Assembly: GCA_965198005.1 (NCBI GenBank) | Contig: CBDAOI010000004.1 | Span: 1,632,001 to 1,696,000 of the forward strand | DNA from: Spirochaetia bacterium | GTDB taxonomy: Bacteria; Spirochaetota; Spirochaetia; SZUA-6; Bin103 | Reading direction: 5' to 3' | DNA length: 64,000 bases | Part shown: piece after piece, positions 1 to 10,271 of the stretch | How positions within the stretch are numbered: position 1 is the first letter of the stretch | Layout: the number at the start of each line of letters is the position of its first letter | Made by a program: the position numbers and the translations under genes | Notes under the pieces: generated by a model | What the model was told of the DNA's origin: nothing | Databases searched by the model: none | The model's input: the letters and a program-made list of their open reading frames with translations, nothing else

Positions 1-2
1 TG

Positions 3-1760
3 GTGGCGTCGGCGGGGCTGCGGATCATGGTTGCGGGCGGCAACGCGATCGACGCGGCGGCGGCGATGGGCATCTGCGAGACGCTGATCGAGCCGCACAA
101 CTGCGGCATCGGCGGTGAGGTACCGGCGCTCATCTACTCGGCGCGCGAGCGGCGGACCTTCGCCATCTCCGGCGTGGGGTGGTCGCCGGCCGCGTTCACC
201 ATCGACTGGTGCCGCGACCACGGCATCGACCTCATTCCCGGCGACGGCTACCTGCCGGCGTGCGTTCCGGCGGTGGTCGGCACCTGGGCGGCCGCGCTGG
301 CCCGGTTCGGGACCATGAGCTTCGCCGAGATCCTGCAGCCCACCATCGAGTTCGCCGAGCAGGGCTTCCCGGCGTACGCGTCGCTGAGCCGCCACCTGCA
401 GGCGCAGCAGGCGACCTACACCGAGCGCTATCCGACCACCGGCGCGCTCTACCTGGCGGGCGGCGGCGCACCCGCCGTGGGCGACCTGCTGCGCAACCCC
501 GACTTCGGCGCCATGCTGCGCATCATGTGCCGGGCGGAGCAGGCAGCGCGGGTCCGCGGCCGGGTGGCCGGCATCGAGGCCGCCCGCGATGCCTTCTATC
601 GCGGCGAGATCGCCGAGCGGATCGTGCGCTTCATCACCGACCACCCGGTGACGGACGCCAGCGGTGCGCGGCACGCCGGACTCCTGACCAGCGATGACCT
701 GGCCGAGTGGCGCGCCGGCGTCGAGCAGCCGGTGACGCTGCACTATCGCGGCCTGGACGTGCACAAGTGCTCGTCGTGGACCCAGGGGCCGGTGTTCCTG
801 CAGCAGCTCGCGATTCTGCACAACCTGGACCTCGAGCGGCTGGGCCACAACTCCGCCGACTATCTGCACACCTGGGTCGAGTGCGCCAAGCTGGCATTCG
901 CCGACCGCGAGGCGTACTACGGCGATCCCGCTTTCGACCGCGTGCCGTTCGACGTGCTGCTGTCGCCCGGTTACGGCGCCGCCCGCGCCGGGCAGATCGC
1001 CGACACCGCCTCGCTCGCCCTGCGGCCGGGCGACGCCGGCGGCGCGCTGCCCGAGTACACGGCGCGCAGCGTACTCGCAGACAACCGCATCGGGTTGGGC
1101 CGCGCGACGCATGCGGCGGCCACGGCGCCGAACTCCGACGCCGCCGAGTCACGCCCGGCGGACGCGGCGCACCGCGGCGATACCACCCACCTGGACGCCG
1201 TGGACGCGGAGGGGAACATGGTGGCGGCCACGCCGAGCGGCGGCTGGATCGGTTCGTCGCCGGTGATCGCAGGACTCGGCTTCCCGCTCGGCACGCGCGG
1301 CCAGATGTTCTACCTCAATCCGCGGCGACCCAACGCCCTGCAGCCGCGCAAGCGGCCGCGGGCGACCCTCACGCCCACCATCGTCACCAGGGATGGCGCG
1401 CCGTACCTGGCGTTCGGCACCCCCGGCGGCGACGGCCAGGACCAGTGGACGCTGCAGTTCTTCCTGAACCACGTGGTGTTCGGCATGGACCTGCAGCAGG
1501 CGCTCGACGCCCCAACCGTCCACACCGAGCACTTTCCCTCATCGTTCTACCCGCGCGCCGCGCACCCCGGCCGGGTGGTCGCCGAGTCGCGCCTGCCGGA
1601 AGCGACCCTCGCCGAGCTGCGTCGCCGCGGCCACGACGTCTGGCTGACCGGCGGCTGGAGCAACGGCAAGGCGCTGGCAATCCGCTACCACGGCGACCGC
1701 GGAGTGATCGCCGGGGCCGCCACGGCCAAGGACAACATCGGCTACGCCATCGGCTGGTGA
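3..1760 (+). CDS. Gamma-glutamyltransferase family protein (5' end probably outside the window)
   Basis: GGNAIDAAAA N-terminal motif, AKLAFADR, catalytic-Thr motif GDTTHL, GTPGGD. Confidence 0.9.
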   Translation: MASAGLRIMVAGGNAIDAAAAMGICETLIEPHNCGIGGEVPALIYSARERRTFAISGVGWSPAAFTIDWCRDHGIDLIPGDGYLPACVPAVVGTWAAALARFGTMSFAEILQPTIEFAEQGFPAYASLSRHLQAQQATYTERYPTTGALYLAGGGAPAVGDLLRNPDFGAMLRIMCRAEQAARVRGRVAGIEAARDAFYRGEIAERIVRFITDHPVTDASGARHAGLLTSDDLAEWRAGVEQPVTLHYRGLDVHKCSSWTQGPVFLQQLAILHNLDLERLGHNSADYLHTWVECAKLAFADREAYYGDPAFDRVPFDVLLSPGYGAARAGQIADTASLALRPGDAGGALPEYTARSVLADNRIGLGRATHAAATAPNSDAAESRPADAAHRGDTTHLDAVDAEGNMVAATPSGGWIGSSPVIAGLGFPLGTRGQMFYLNPRRPNALQPRKRPRATLTPTIVTRDGAPYLAFGTPGGDGQDQWTLQFFLNHVVFGMDLQQALDAPTVHTEHFPSSFYPRAAHPGRVVAESRLPEATLAELRRRGHDVWLTGGWSNGKALAIRYHGDRGVIAGAATAKDNIGYAIGW

Positions 1761-1812
1761 CGCCGGCTCGCGCCAGGCGGACGACGTGTTCTTTCGGCGG
1801 TACCAAGCTCGG

Positions 1813-2649
1813 CTACCACATGACGAAGCCGCCCGGAGTGTTGATGTCCTGCCCGGTGATGCTGCGCGCTTCGTCGGAGGCGAGGAACACGGCCACGGCC
1901 GCCGCGTCGTCCGAGGTGCCGTGGTCCTGCACGTAGCCTTCGGACTGCAGCCAGTGCCCGGCCAGCACCTTGTTGGCCGGTTTCGGGCCGGGGGTATAGT
2001 TGATGTAGGTGTCGTCGTCTAACGGTTGTCCTCGGTAGCGGGCGAGCGCCTTGCCGTTCTCGTGGTCGCGCGCCGCGTGCCCGCCCGGACAGATGGCGTT
2101 GACGGTGACGTCATGGCGGCCCACCTCGGCCGCCAGCGTGCGGGTCAGGCCGATCACCGCCATCTTGGTGGTCGCGTACGGCGCGCGGTGGGGCAGGGGC
2201 TGCTTGCCGGTGGGCGAGCTGAAGGTGATGATCCGGCCGCGGCGACGGCGGATCATCTCCGGCAGCACCGCCTTGCAGCACAGGAAGATCGAATCGAGAT
2301 TGATCGCCAGCGTCTGTTTCCACTCGGCCAGCGTCACCTCGTGCAGGTCCTTGGTGGGGCCGGCGATGCCCACCACCGGGGCCAGGATGTCGATCGTGCC
2401 GTACTCGGCCAGCGTGCGCTCGACCATCCGGTTGACCTGCCGCTCATCCGCCACGTCGGTCCGAAAGCAAAGCGCGCGGCTGCCGGCCGCCCGCACCGCG
2501 GCGCCGGTGGTGGCGTCGAGCTCCTCGGCCGGCATCAGGTCGCAGATAGCCAGCAGCGCGCCCTCGGCGGCAAAGCGCCTGGCCATGGTTTCGGCATGAC
2601 CTCGTGCGGCACCGGTAATCAGTGCGACCTTGTTCTCCAGTCGTCCCAT
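1813..2649 (-). CDS. SDR family NAD(P)-dependent oxidoreductase
   Basis: ITGAARG Rossmann motif, YATTK catalytic motif, VNAICPG, ITGQ. Confidence 0.92.
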   Translation of the reverse strand: MGRLENKVALITGAARGHAETMARRFAAEGALLAICDLMPAEELDATTGAAVRAAGSRALCFRTDVADERQVNRMVERTLAEYGTIDILAPVVGIAGPTKDLHEVTLAEWKQTLAINLDSIFLCCKAVLPEMIRRRRGRIITFSSPTGKQPLPHRAPYATTKMAVIGLTRTLAAEVGRHDVTVNAICPGGHAARDHENGKALARYRGQPLDDDTYINYTPGPKPANKVLAGHWLQSEGYVQDHGTSDDAAAVAVFLASDEARSITGQDINTPGGFVMW

Positions 2650-2729
2650 TGCATCTCCTGTAGCGCGCCGTCAGCCCGCAGCAGCCGGCCAATTGCGGAA
2701 CATTACCGTGCGGTATAGCCTCACGCACA

Positions 2730-3137
2730 ATGGTCGACAAGGTTGCGGTCAATACTACTATCGGCAAGGATTCCAGCTTCCAGGGCCGTTGTGCGGTAAA
2801 GGGCAGCCTGCGCATCGACGGCCACTTCGAGGGGCCGCGACTCGAGGTCGAACAGCTCTACGTCGGACCGTCGGCGCGGATCAAGACCGACCTGTTCGTT
2901 ACCAGCGTGGTGGTGGAGGGGGTGGTGCTGGGCAACATAACGGCCGACAACCGCGTGCTGCTGTTGTCCACCGCACGCGTCATCGGCGATCTGCGCACCC
3001 CGGAGCTGATACTGCAGGACGGGGTGATCCTCGACGGCCGCTGCTCGGTCGGCCGCATGGGCCGGGACAGCGCCCACCGTTTCATCGCCGCGCTGTACGA
3101 AAAACAGGTGGCCGCCCCCGAAGCTGCCGCGCGCTGA
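2730..3137 (+). CDS. Bactofilin (polymer-forming cytoskeletal protein)
   Basis: TTIGKDSSFQG..GSLRIDG..VVVEGVVLGNI..ARVIGDL beta-helix pattern. Confidence 0.88.
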   Translation: MVDKVAVNTTIGKDSSFQGRCAVKGSLRIDGHFEGPRLEVEQLYVGPSARIKTDLFVTSVVVEGVVLGNITADNRVLLLSTARVIGDLRTPELILQDGVILDGRCSVGRMGRDSAHRFIAALYEKQVAAPEAAAR

Positions 3138-3241
3138 CCGTCACCCGCCGATGGTAGATCCGGCTACGCGAGCCGGCTCAGCAGACCCCGGACGAGCCGC
3201 TTGACATCGCGGGCTGCGTGCGGCACCTTTGGTTGGTAGTT

Positions 3242-3313
3242 GGCCCCTTCGTCTATCGGCTAGGACATGAGACTCTCATTCTCAAAAGAGGGGTTCGATT
3301 CCCCTAGGGGCTA
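3242..3313 (+). tRNA. tRNA-Glu (CTC)
   Basis: Acceptor stem GGCCCCT/AGGGGCT, anticodon arm TGAGA-CT CTC AT-TCTCA, GGTTCGATTCC T-loop; CCA not encoded. Confidence 0.95.
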
Positions 3314-3385
3314 ATCCAAGCGGGCGCTCGCTCAGGCTCGGCGCCTAGCCGCCGAATGCCCCGTACACGAGTTCGACGTGGCCGT

Positions 3386-4222
3386 TCACCACATCACCGA
3401 GCCGCCCTCCACGTTGAGGTCCTGGCCGGTGATGTGGCGCGCCTCGTCGGATGCGAGGAACACGGCCATGGCGGCCACGTCTTCGGGGGTGCCGAAGTCG
3501 TGCCGGTAGCCTTCAATGGCGGACCAGCGTCCCGCCAGGCTCGCGCCCTGGTTGGGTTGGTCCTCGGCGGGCGGCCGGTACTCTTTCTCATCGTACGGCG
3601 CGCCCAGGTATTCGGCCATGGCGCGCCGCAGTTCGCGGCTGCGCGCTTCATGCGAGCCCGGACAGATCGCATTCACCGTGATCCGATAGCGGCCGACGTC
3701 GGCGGCCAAGGTGCGGGTAAAGCCGATCACCCCCATCTTGGTGGTCGCATACGGCGCGCGGTGCACCAGCGGCTGCTTGCCGGTCGCCGAGCTGAAGTTG
3801 ATGATCCGACCCCGCCGCCGCCGGATCATCTCCGGCAGCACCGCCCTGGAACACAGAAACAGGGAGTCGAGATTGACCTGGAGCGTGAGGCGCCACTCGC
3901 CGAGGGACGTCTGCCAGATGTCCTTGGTCGGGCCGGCGATGCCGACCACGTTGCCCAGGATGTCGATGGTGCCGTACTCCTCGATGGTACGCTGCACCAT
4001 CGCGTTGACCTGCTCCTCGTCCGATACGTCGGTCTGAAAGCACAGCGCGCGCCGGCCGCACGCGCGGATTGCGGCGCCGGTGCTCTGTTCGAGCTGGCTG
4101 GTCGGGACGATGTCGCAGATCGCCAGATCGGCCCCTTCGCGGGCAAACCGCTTGGCGACCGCCTCGGCGTGACCGCGCGCCGCTCCGGTCACGAGCGCGA
4201 TCCTGCCTCTTAGGCGGCCCAT
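3386..4222 (-). CDS. SDR family oxidoreductase, paralog of 1813-2649
   Basis: VTGAARG, YATTK; start placed at MGRLRG by alignment to the paralog. Confidence 0.92.
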   Translation of the reverse strand: MGRLRGRIALVTGAARGHAEAVAKRFAREGADLAICDIVPTSQLEQSTGAAIRACGRRALCFQTDVSDEEQVNAMVQRTIEEYGTIDILGNVVGIAGPTKDIWQTSLGEWRLTLQVNLDSLFLCSRAVLPEMIRRRRGRIINFSSATGKQPLVHRAPYATTKMGVIGFTRTLAADVGRYRITVNAICPGSHEARSRELRRAMAEYLGAPYDEKEYRPPAEDQPNQGASLAGRWSAIEGYRHDFGTPEDVAAMAVFLASDEARHITGQDLNVEGGSVMW

Positions 4223-4414
4223 GCCGACCGTCCCGCGGCCGGCAGAGCAGCCGCCGGCAGAGCTTCGTACGTGCGCATACCGCGACAAAGAAAACAATAG
4301 AGCGGTGCGCGGGTCAACCCGTTTGCGTCACTACGTCACGCCGCGTCACCCCCCGATGCGCTTACCGGCGATTGACTGAAACCGGACCTCGTGCGATGAC
4401 GGCCGCACACGAGC

Positions 4415-5359
4415 ATGGCACGCCGCATCAATCGAGCGATCGAGCTGCTGGCCGACGGGGAGCCGGTCTACTACGCCGGCGGCCACACCGGGCTGGGGCG
4501 CACCTTCGGCAGCGTGCCGGCCGGCACGCTGACCGGCGAGCACTCTCCGATTCTGACCTGTGAGCAGGGCCGCACCGACGCCGGGCACTGGGCCGACTAC
4601 ATCAACGTCGGGTTCGAGCACGGCTCCTTCAATCCGGCCGGCCTCGATGACTATCTGCACGGCATGGTCGACGCCGGGCCGACCCGTAGCGGACACCGCA
4701 CGCCGGCGGTCATCGTCGAGGCGCCGGTCGGCGGGATCTCGCGCGAGATGGTGCGCTTCAATGCCTGGCAGTTCCAGCAGATCCTGGCGCGCGGGGTGCA
4801 CGGCATCATTCTGTGCCAGGCCACGGTGCCGGGGGCGGTGCAGGCGTTCGTGGAGGGCTGCCGCTACGCGGTGAACCGGACCGGCGTCGGCAAGGGGCTG
4901 GACGTCGGCTACCGCGGGATCGGCTCGGAACGGAGCGCAGCCCACGTCTGGGGCGTCGATGCCGATACTTACATCGCCAAGGCCGACCCCTGGCCGCTGA
5001 CCCCGGACGGAGAGCTGCTGCTGGGAGTCAAGATCGAATCGAAGGCGGCGGTGCCCCACGTCGAGGAGATCCTGGCCGTGCCCGGCATCATGTTCGCCGA
5101 GGTGGGACCCGGTGACCTGGGGCTGACCCTCGGCTACCGCAAGCTGCCCGATCCGTGGCCGCCGGAGATGGTCGAAATCGAGCAGCGGGTGGCGGAGGCC
5201 TGCCGGGCCAACGGCGTCGGCTTCCATCCGTTCACCGGCAACGTCGAGCTGGCCGACATCCCCGCCGTGATCGACCGCGGCGGCCGGTACTTCACCGCCA
5301 CCAGCGAGGAGTTGGCCAAGCTCGGCCGCGCCCATACGCGCCGCCGGATGCCCGTCTAG
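4415..5359 (+). CDS. HpcH/HpaI aldolase/citrate lyase-like protein
   Basis: EHG, QILARGVHGI, GVKIES, VGPGDLG motifs. Confidence 0.8.
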   Translation: MARRINRAIELLADGEPVYYAGGHTGLGRTFGSVPAGTLTGEHSPILTCEQGRTDAGHWADYINVGFEHGSFNPAGLDDYLHGMVDAGPTRSGHRTPAVIVEAPVGGISREMVRFNAWQFQQILARGVHGIILCQATVPGAVQAFVEGCRYAVNRTGVGKGLDVGYRGIGSERSAAHVWGVDADTYIAKADPWPLTPDGELLLGVKIESKAAVPHVEEILAVPGIMFAEVGPGDLGLTLGYRKLPDPWPPEMVEIEQRVAEACRANGVGFHPFTGNVELADIPAVIDRGGRYFTATSEELAKLGRAHTRRRMPV

Positions 5360-5365
5360 GACCCT

Positions 5366-6538
5366 TCAGGAAAGAAACACGTCCATGAACCGGTCGATCG
5401 CGAAGTGCTCTTCGAACAGGCGTTCGATCTCCGCGATCTTGCCGGTGTCGTATACCTGCAGCTTGGTGCTCTCGTAGATCCGGAACAGCCGCTCCTCGGT
5501 GGCGGCGGAATCTTCCCTGACGTACAGCGCCGGGACGCCGGCCCGGATCAGCGCGTCGCGCGCGCCCGCATCGACCGCCTCGGTCTCGCCGCAGGTGAGG
5601 ATCACTCCGGCGATGCCGCCGCGGCGCAGAATTGCCGCGTGATACTCGAGGATCAGGTGAATCCGCGGCGTCGAACTGGCGCCGATGATCAGGACGTCGC
5701 CCGGCCCCACGTAGTGCTCGATCTGTGACCGCAGTTGCCGCGCCGGCAGCGATACCAGCTTGACCGACATGCACGGGCGGCGCCAGGCGATCGCCTCCGG
5801 GTCGCCGAACGGCTCCACCTTCGGCAGCGCCCCCAGGATCACGCGCATCGAGGGCCGCGGCAGGTTGGGAATGACCGGCATGTAGCCGAAGATGTGCAGC
5901 GGCCCGCCGTTGGCGTGCGCGTAGCGCTGGTTGATCAGATCCTCGGTGATGTAGCGGCGCACCAGCTCCGCCTTTTCCGGAATCACCTTATTGATGATCA
6001 GCCCGCGTACGCGGCAGCCGTGATACAGGAAGTAGGTGAGATCGACGTCGATCATGTCCAGCGCCTGGCCGATGCCGGCGCCGGAAACGAAGATGGTCTC
6101 GGCGCCGAGCAGCTTCCCGACCACCGCGTTCGACAAGCCCACCACGCTGCCGACGCCGGGATGCCCCGACCCCTCGGCAATCACGATCCGCCGTCCGGCG
6201 AGATGCTTCAGAGCCTGGTCGATCTCCATCGACAGCGCGCGCGTGAGGCGCTTGCGGTAGCGCGAGTCGAGGTAGGAGCGGGTGAAGTTGCCGGAGAACC
6301 GGACCGGCGAAAGCTTCTCCAACGGCAGATCGGGGATCTGCGCGAACTCCCCGATCAACTCGACGTCCTTGTCCACCACGCTCGCGCCGTGGCGCACGAG
6401 CTGCTGGCCGACCGGCTTGAGGTAGCCGATCTCGTGCGCCGGGAGGTATTTGCGCAGTTGCGAGATCAGCCCGAGGCTGGTCACCGTCTTGCCCGCGTGC
6501 TGGCGGAAGCCGGTCAGATAGACGATGACGGGAGCCAT
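5366..6538 (-). CDS. BioD-like P-loop / DRTGG-type protein (phosphotransacetylase N-terminal-like)
   Basis: HAGKT Walker A, GYLKPVGQ, AEGSGHPGVGS, GLIINKV. Confidence 0.75.
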   Translation of the reverse strand: MAPVIVYLTGFRQHAGKTVTSLGLISQLRKYLPAHEIGYLKPVGQQLVRHGASVVDKDVELIGEFAQIPDLPLEKLSPVRFSGNFTRSYLDSRYRKRLTRALSMEIDQALKHLAGRRIVIAEGSGHPGVGSVVGLSNAVVGKLLGAETIFVSGAGIGQALDMIDVDLTYFLYHGCRVRGLIINKVIPEKAELVRRYITEDLINQRYAHANGGPLHIFGYMPVIPNLPRPSMRVILGALPKVEPFGDPEAIAWRRPCMSVKLVSLPARQLRSQIEHYVGPGDVLIIGASSTPRIHLILEYHAAILRRGGIAGVILTCGETEAVDAGARDALIRAGVPALYVREDSAATEERLFRIYESTKLQVYDTGKIAEIERLFEEHFAIDRFMDVFLS

Positions 6539-6565
6539 CGGCGTGAGCGCGGGACCGGCGCGTGC

Positions 6566-8533
6566 CTACCGGAACAGCTCGGCGATGCGGCTCGCGTACT
6601 GATCGGAGATCACGTGGCGCCGCATCTTCAGCGTATGGGTGAGCTCGCGCCCCACCTCGAACGGCTGCTGGATCAGCGCGATGCGGGCGATGCGCTCGAA
6701 GCTCTTGAACCCGTTCTTGGCGTTGACCCGGCTCTGCACTTCGCCCTGGATCAGGTTGCGGACCGCGTCGGTGGCGAGCAGCGCCGCCGGGTCGTCGCGC
6801 GGCAGTCCCTGCTCGGCGGCGAAGGCGGCCAGGTGGTCGGCGTTGGGCACGATCAGGGCGCCCAGGAAGCGCTGGTCCTGTCCCACCACCATGACGTGCT
6901 CGACGTAGTCCGACTGCCGCACCAGTTCCTCGATCGGCTCCGGCTCGACGTTCTCGCCGCCGAGCAGCACGACCGTGTCCTTGGCCCGCCCGGTGATCCG
7001 GATCTGACCGTCGACGGTGAGGGTGCCGATGTCACCGGTGTCCAGCCAGCCCTCGCCAGAGATCACCGTGGCCGTGTCGTCGACCCGCTTGTAGTAGCCG
7101 CGCATGATCTGCGGCCCGCGCACGTGGATCACGCCCCGCTCGCCGGGCGCCGCCTGCTCGCCGTTTTCCTTGACGATCTTGACCTCGGTGCCGGCCAGCG
7201 GCGGTCCTACCGTGCCGGTCACCGGCCGGCGCAGCGTCCGTACCGAGACCACCGGCGCGGCCTCGGTCAGCCCGTAGCCTTCCAGCACCACGATGCCGGC
7301 CGCGGCAAAGAACTCGTCCACGTAGCCGGGCAGGGCGCCCGCGCCGGACACGCCCGCCTTGAACCGCTTGCCGAGCCGGGCCGTGATCTTCTTGAACACC
7401 AGCACCGTGCCCAGGAGCTGGAACGGGGTGAGCAGCAGCAGCGGCAGGATCGCGGCCAGCATGTCGAGCACGCGCGGCCGGCGCGTAAACCGCGGCAACT
7501 GCCCGAGCAGCAGCATCTTCATCTTGCCGTGCAGAGCGCCGACGGCGATGAAAAACTTGAACAGCGCCGCCTTGACGCCGCCCTCGGCTTCGACGTTGCG
7601 ATACACGCCGGCGCGCACCGCCTCCCAGATGCGCGGCACGGTCGGGAAGTAGGTGGGGTTGGCCTCGACCAGATCGGCCAGCATCACGTCGCGGAGCGGT
7701 TTGGAGTAGGCGATGGTGGCGCCCGCGCACAGCCCTACGTACTCGATGATCCGTTCGTAGGAGTGCCACACCGGCAGCACCGAGAGCAGCGTGTCGTCGG
7801 TGCCGATGGGCAGCGAGTGGGGCATGGCATCGATCTGATACATGAAGTTGGCGTGGGTCAACATCACCCCCTTCGGTTCGCCGGTGGTGCCGGAGGTGTA
7901 GATGACGGTGGCTACGTCGTCGCCGGAGCCCGCGGCCACCGCCGCGCGAAACCGTGCCTCCGGTTGCTCCGACGCTTCCCCGGCTTGGCGCAGGTCGTCG
8001 ATGGTCACCACCCGCAGCCCGCGGCTGGCGGCCGCGGCGGCCGCGTCGCCGTCGAGGTCGGTCGGATCGAGCACGAACGCGGTGTGGAGCTGCGGCAGCC
8101 GATCCTTGATGCCCGCCAGCTTCGCCAACTGGGCCGCATCCTCGACGCAGGTCAGCTTGCAGTCGGCGTGTCCGAGGATGTAGGCCAGCTCGTCGCCGGT
8201 GGAATCGCTGCCGCGCGGCACGTCGACCGCGCCCAGTCCGAGCAGCGCCAGGTCGAGCAGCAGCCACTCCTTGCGCGTGTCGCAGATCAGGCCCACGTGA
8301 TCGCCGCGCGCCACCTCGTGGCGGGCCAGCCCCGCCGCCAGCGTGGCCACCTCCGCCAGGAGCTGCCGCTCGGTGGTCGGCTGAAACGGGCCGCCGGCGC
8401 CTCGACTGAGCACCGCGTTCTGGTCCGGGTACCGCTCCACCACGCGCAGGAAGCGCTGGGGGACGGTTTCGCCTGCCGCGCCGCCGGGGGTGCCGGGGCC
8501 GGGCGATTCTAAGTTCCGCGTAGACATAGCCAT
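6566..8533 (-). CDS. Long-chain fatty acid--CoA ligase
   Basis: IYTSGTTGEPKG, EGYGLTE, LDTGDIG, GRAKD AMP-binding motifs. Confidence 0.92.
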   Translation of the reverse strand: MAMSTRNLESPGPGTPGGAAGETVPQRFLRVVERYPDQNAVLSRGAGGPFQPTTERQLLAEVATLAAGLARHEVARGDHVGLICDTRKEWLLLDLALLGLGAVDVPRGSDSTGDELAYILGHADCKLTCVEDAAQLAKLAGIKDRLPQLHTAFVLDPTDLDGDAAAAAASRGLRVVTIDDLRQAGEASEQPEARFRAAVAAGSGDDVATVIYTSGTTGEPKGVMLTHANFMYQIDAMPHSLPIGTDDTLLSVLPVWHSYERIIEYVGLCAGATIAYSKPLRDVMLADLVEANPTYFPTVPRIWEAVRAGVYRNVEAEGGVKAALFKFFIAVGALHGKMKMLLLGQLPRFTRRPRVLDMLAAILPLLLLTPFQLLGTVLVFKKITARLGKRFKAGVSGAGALPGYVDEFFAAAGIVVLEGYGLTEAAPVVSVRTLRRPVTGTVGPPLAGTEVKIVKENGEQAAPGERGVIHVRGPQIMRGYYKRVDDTATVISGEGWLDTGDIGTLTVDGQIRITGRAKDTVVLLGGENVEPEPIEELVRQSDYVEHVMVVGQDQRFLGALIVPNADHLAAFAAEQGLPRDDPAALLATDAVRNLIQGEVQSRVNAKNGFKSFERIARIALIQQPFEVGRELTHTLKMRRHVISDQYASRIAELFR

Positions 8534-8925
8534 TCAGCCTCCGCTGCCAGCTCGTCGCCAACGTAGACCTTGCCACTCTGGCGGAGCGAGTTGGGAGTCA
8601 TTCGTTTGGTTCGTACCACGATCCGCGCCTCGTCGCCGGGACGCACCTGACGCCGGAAGCGGGCCTTCTCGACGCTGGCCAGGAAGCTGACGCCGGTCTC
8701 GCCCGCGGCCGCCGCGGCGGTTGCCCCCGCCCCGCCGCACTGCGCCATGCACTCGACCAACAGCACGCCCGGCACCACCGGATAGCCGGGGAAGTGTCCG
8801 GCGAAGAACGGCTCATCGGGTTTGAACCGCCTGTAGCCAATGATTTCGCCGTCACCGGCCTGCTCGATCCGGTCGACCAGCAGGAACGGGTCGCGGTGGG
8901 GCAGCAGCTCGGTGATCGGCCGCAC
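8509..8925 (-). CDS. fabZ: 3-hydroxyacyl-ACP dehydratase FabZ family
   Basis: LPHRDPFLLVD, FFAGHFPG..PGVLLVECMAQ; GTG start inferred. Confidence 0.88.
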   Translation of the reverse strand: MRPITELLPHRDPFLLVDRIEQAGDGEIIGYRRFKPDEPFFAGHFPGYPVVPGVLLVECMAQCGGAGATAAAAAGETGVSFLASVEKARFRRQVRPGDEARIVVRTKRMTPNSLRQSGKVYVGDELAAEAEWLCLRGT

Positions 8926-8926
8926 G

Positions 8927-10183
8927 CTAGATGATCCCCAGCTTGCGCGCCTGCGTGGCACAGGTCTCCAGCGCGCAGTCCAGCTCGTCGTCGCTGTGGA
9001 TCGCCATGTAGGAGGTGCGGATCAGCGCCCCGTCCGGCGGTGCGGCGGGACTCACCACCGGATTGGTGTACAGCCCGTGATCCATCAGCGCCCGGTAGAA
9101 TTGAAAGGTGAGGACGTCGTCGCCGATGATCAGCGGCACGATCGGCGTCTCGGTATCGCCGACGTTGAATCCCAGGCGTTTGAACTCGCGGATCATGCGC
9201 TGGCCGATCGCCTGCAGGCGCTGCGTATGGTGCGGCTCCTCCTTCATGATGCGCAGGGCCGTAGCAACCGCGGCGATGGTGGCGGGCGGCATGCTGGCGC
9301 TGAAGATGAACGAGCGCGCGTTGTGCTTGACATGGTCGATCACGTCGGCTTCGCCGGCGATGAAGCCACCCACGGCGCCGAATGACTTGGAGAAGGTGCA
9401 CATCAGGATATCGGCCGCGTCGTAGCAGTCGAAGTGCTCCTGGGAGCCGCGTCCGGTAGCGCCGATCACGCCCAGGGAGTGCGCTTCATCCAGGTACAGG
9501 CGGGCGCCGTAACGGCGCCCGAGGTCTCCCAGCTCCGGCAGCGGCGCGATGTCGCCGTCCATGGAGAATACGCCGTCGGTTACGATCAACTTGCCGCCGC
9601 CGTCGTTCACGCTGCGCAGCAGGCGCTCCAGGTCCTCGAGATCGTTGTGATGATAGCGGTGGATGCGGGCGCCGCCGGTGATGCCCGCGGCCAGGAACAT
9701 GCCGTCCATCAGCGAGCCGTGGTTGAGCCGGTCGGAGAACACGTGGTCGCGGCGCCCGACCAGGGCCTGAATCGCTCCCAGATTGGTCTGGTACCCGGTG
9801 GTGAACGACAGCGTGGCGGGCTTGCTCACGAACTCCGCCAGCTCCGTTTCCAGCTCCTCGTGCAGATGCAGGGTTCCGTTCAGGAAGCGCGAGCCGGAAC
9901 AGCTCGTGCCATACCGGCGGGTGGCTGCGATCGCCGCCTCGATGACCCGCGGGTCCCACGACAGGCCGAGGTAGTTGTTCGAGCCGATCATGATCAGCTC
10001 GCGGCCGTCGATGATGACACGTGAACCGAGGTTCTCCTGAATCGCGGTGTAGTAGGGATAGAAGCCGATCGCCTCCACCCGGGCCGCCTTCTGCGCGATG
10101 TAGGTGCGTACTTTCTGAAACAGATCCGTGGGCTGGTCGCTTGCGGGTGCTCGCTGCATCGTTATGTATAAGCCTGCTGGCAT
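8927..10183 (-). CDS. PLP-dependent alpha-oxoamine synthase, most like serine palmitoyltransferase
   Basis: GSNNYLGL, GTSCSGSRFLNGT, DGVFSMDGD, DEAH, TFSKS; start could be 10159. Confidence 0.8.
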   Translation of the reverse strand: MPAGLYITMQRAPASDQPTDLFQKVRTYIAQKAARVEAIGFYPYYTAIQENLGSRVIIDGRELIMIGSNNYLGLSWDPRVIEAAIAATRRYGTSCSGSRFLNGTLHLHEELETELAEFVSKPATLSFTTGYQTNLGAIQALVGRRDHVFSDRLNHGSLMDGMFLAAGITGGARIHRYHHNDLEDLERLLRSVNDGGGKLIVTDGVFSMDGDIAPLPELGDLGRRYGARLYLDEAHSLGVIGATGRGSQEHFDCYDAADILMCTFSKSFGAVGGFIAGEADVIDHVKHNARSFIFSASMPPATIAAVATALRIMKEEPHHTQRLQAIGQRMIREFKRLGFNVGDTETPIVPLIIGDDVLTFQFYRALMDHGLYTNPVVSPAAPPDGALIRTSYMAIHSDDELDCALETCATQARKLGII

Positions 10184-10271
10184 TGTGATACACCGTATCC
10201 AGCCGAATGTAAAGGACGCTCCCGCGGCGTCTGCCGCGTCTGCCGCACCCGCTGCATCGCCGGCCCGCCCG

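Noticed and set aside
3242-3313. tRNA-Glu or tRNA-Lys as island attachment sites
   Set aside because: No integrase and no duplicated tRNA 3' end seen in the window
5735-8512. 925-aa plus-strand ORF and other long antisense or alternate-frame ORFs
   Set aside because: Shadow ORFs of high-GC genes on the opposite strand or frame, with no recognisable motifs
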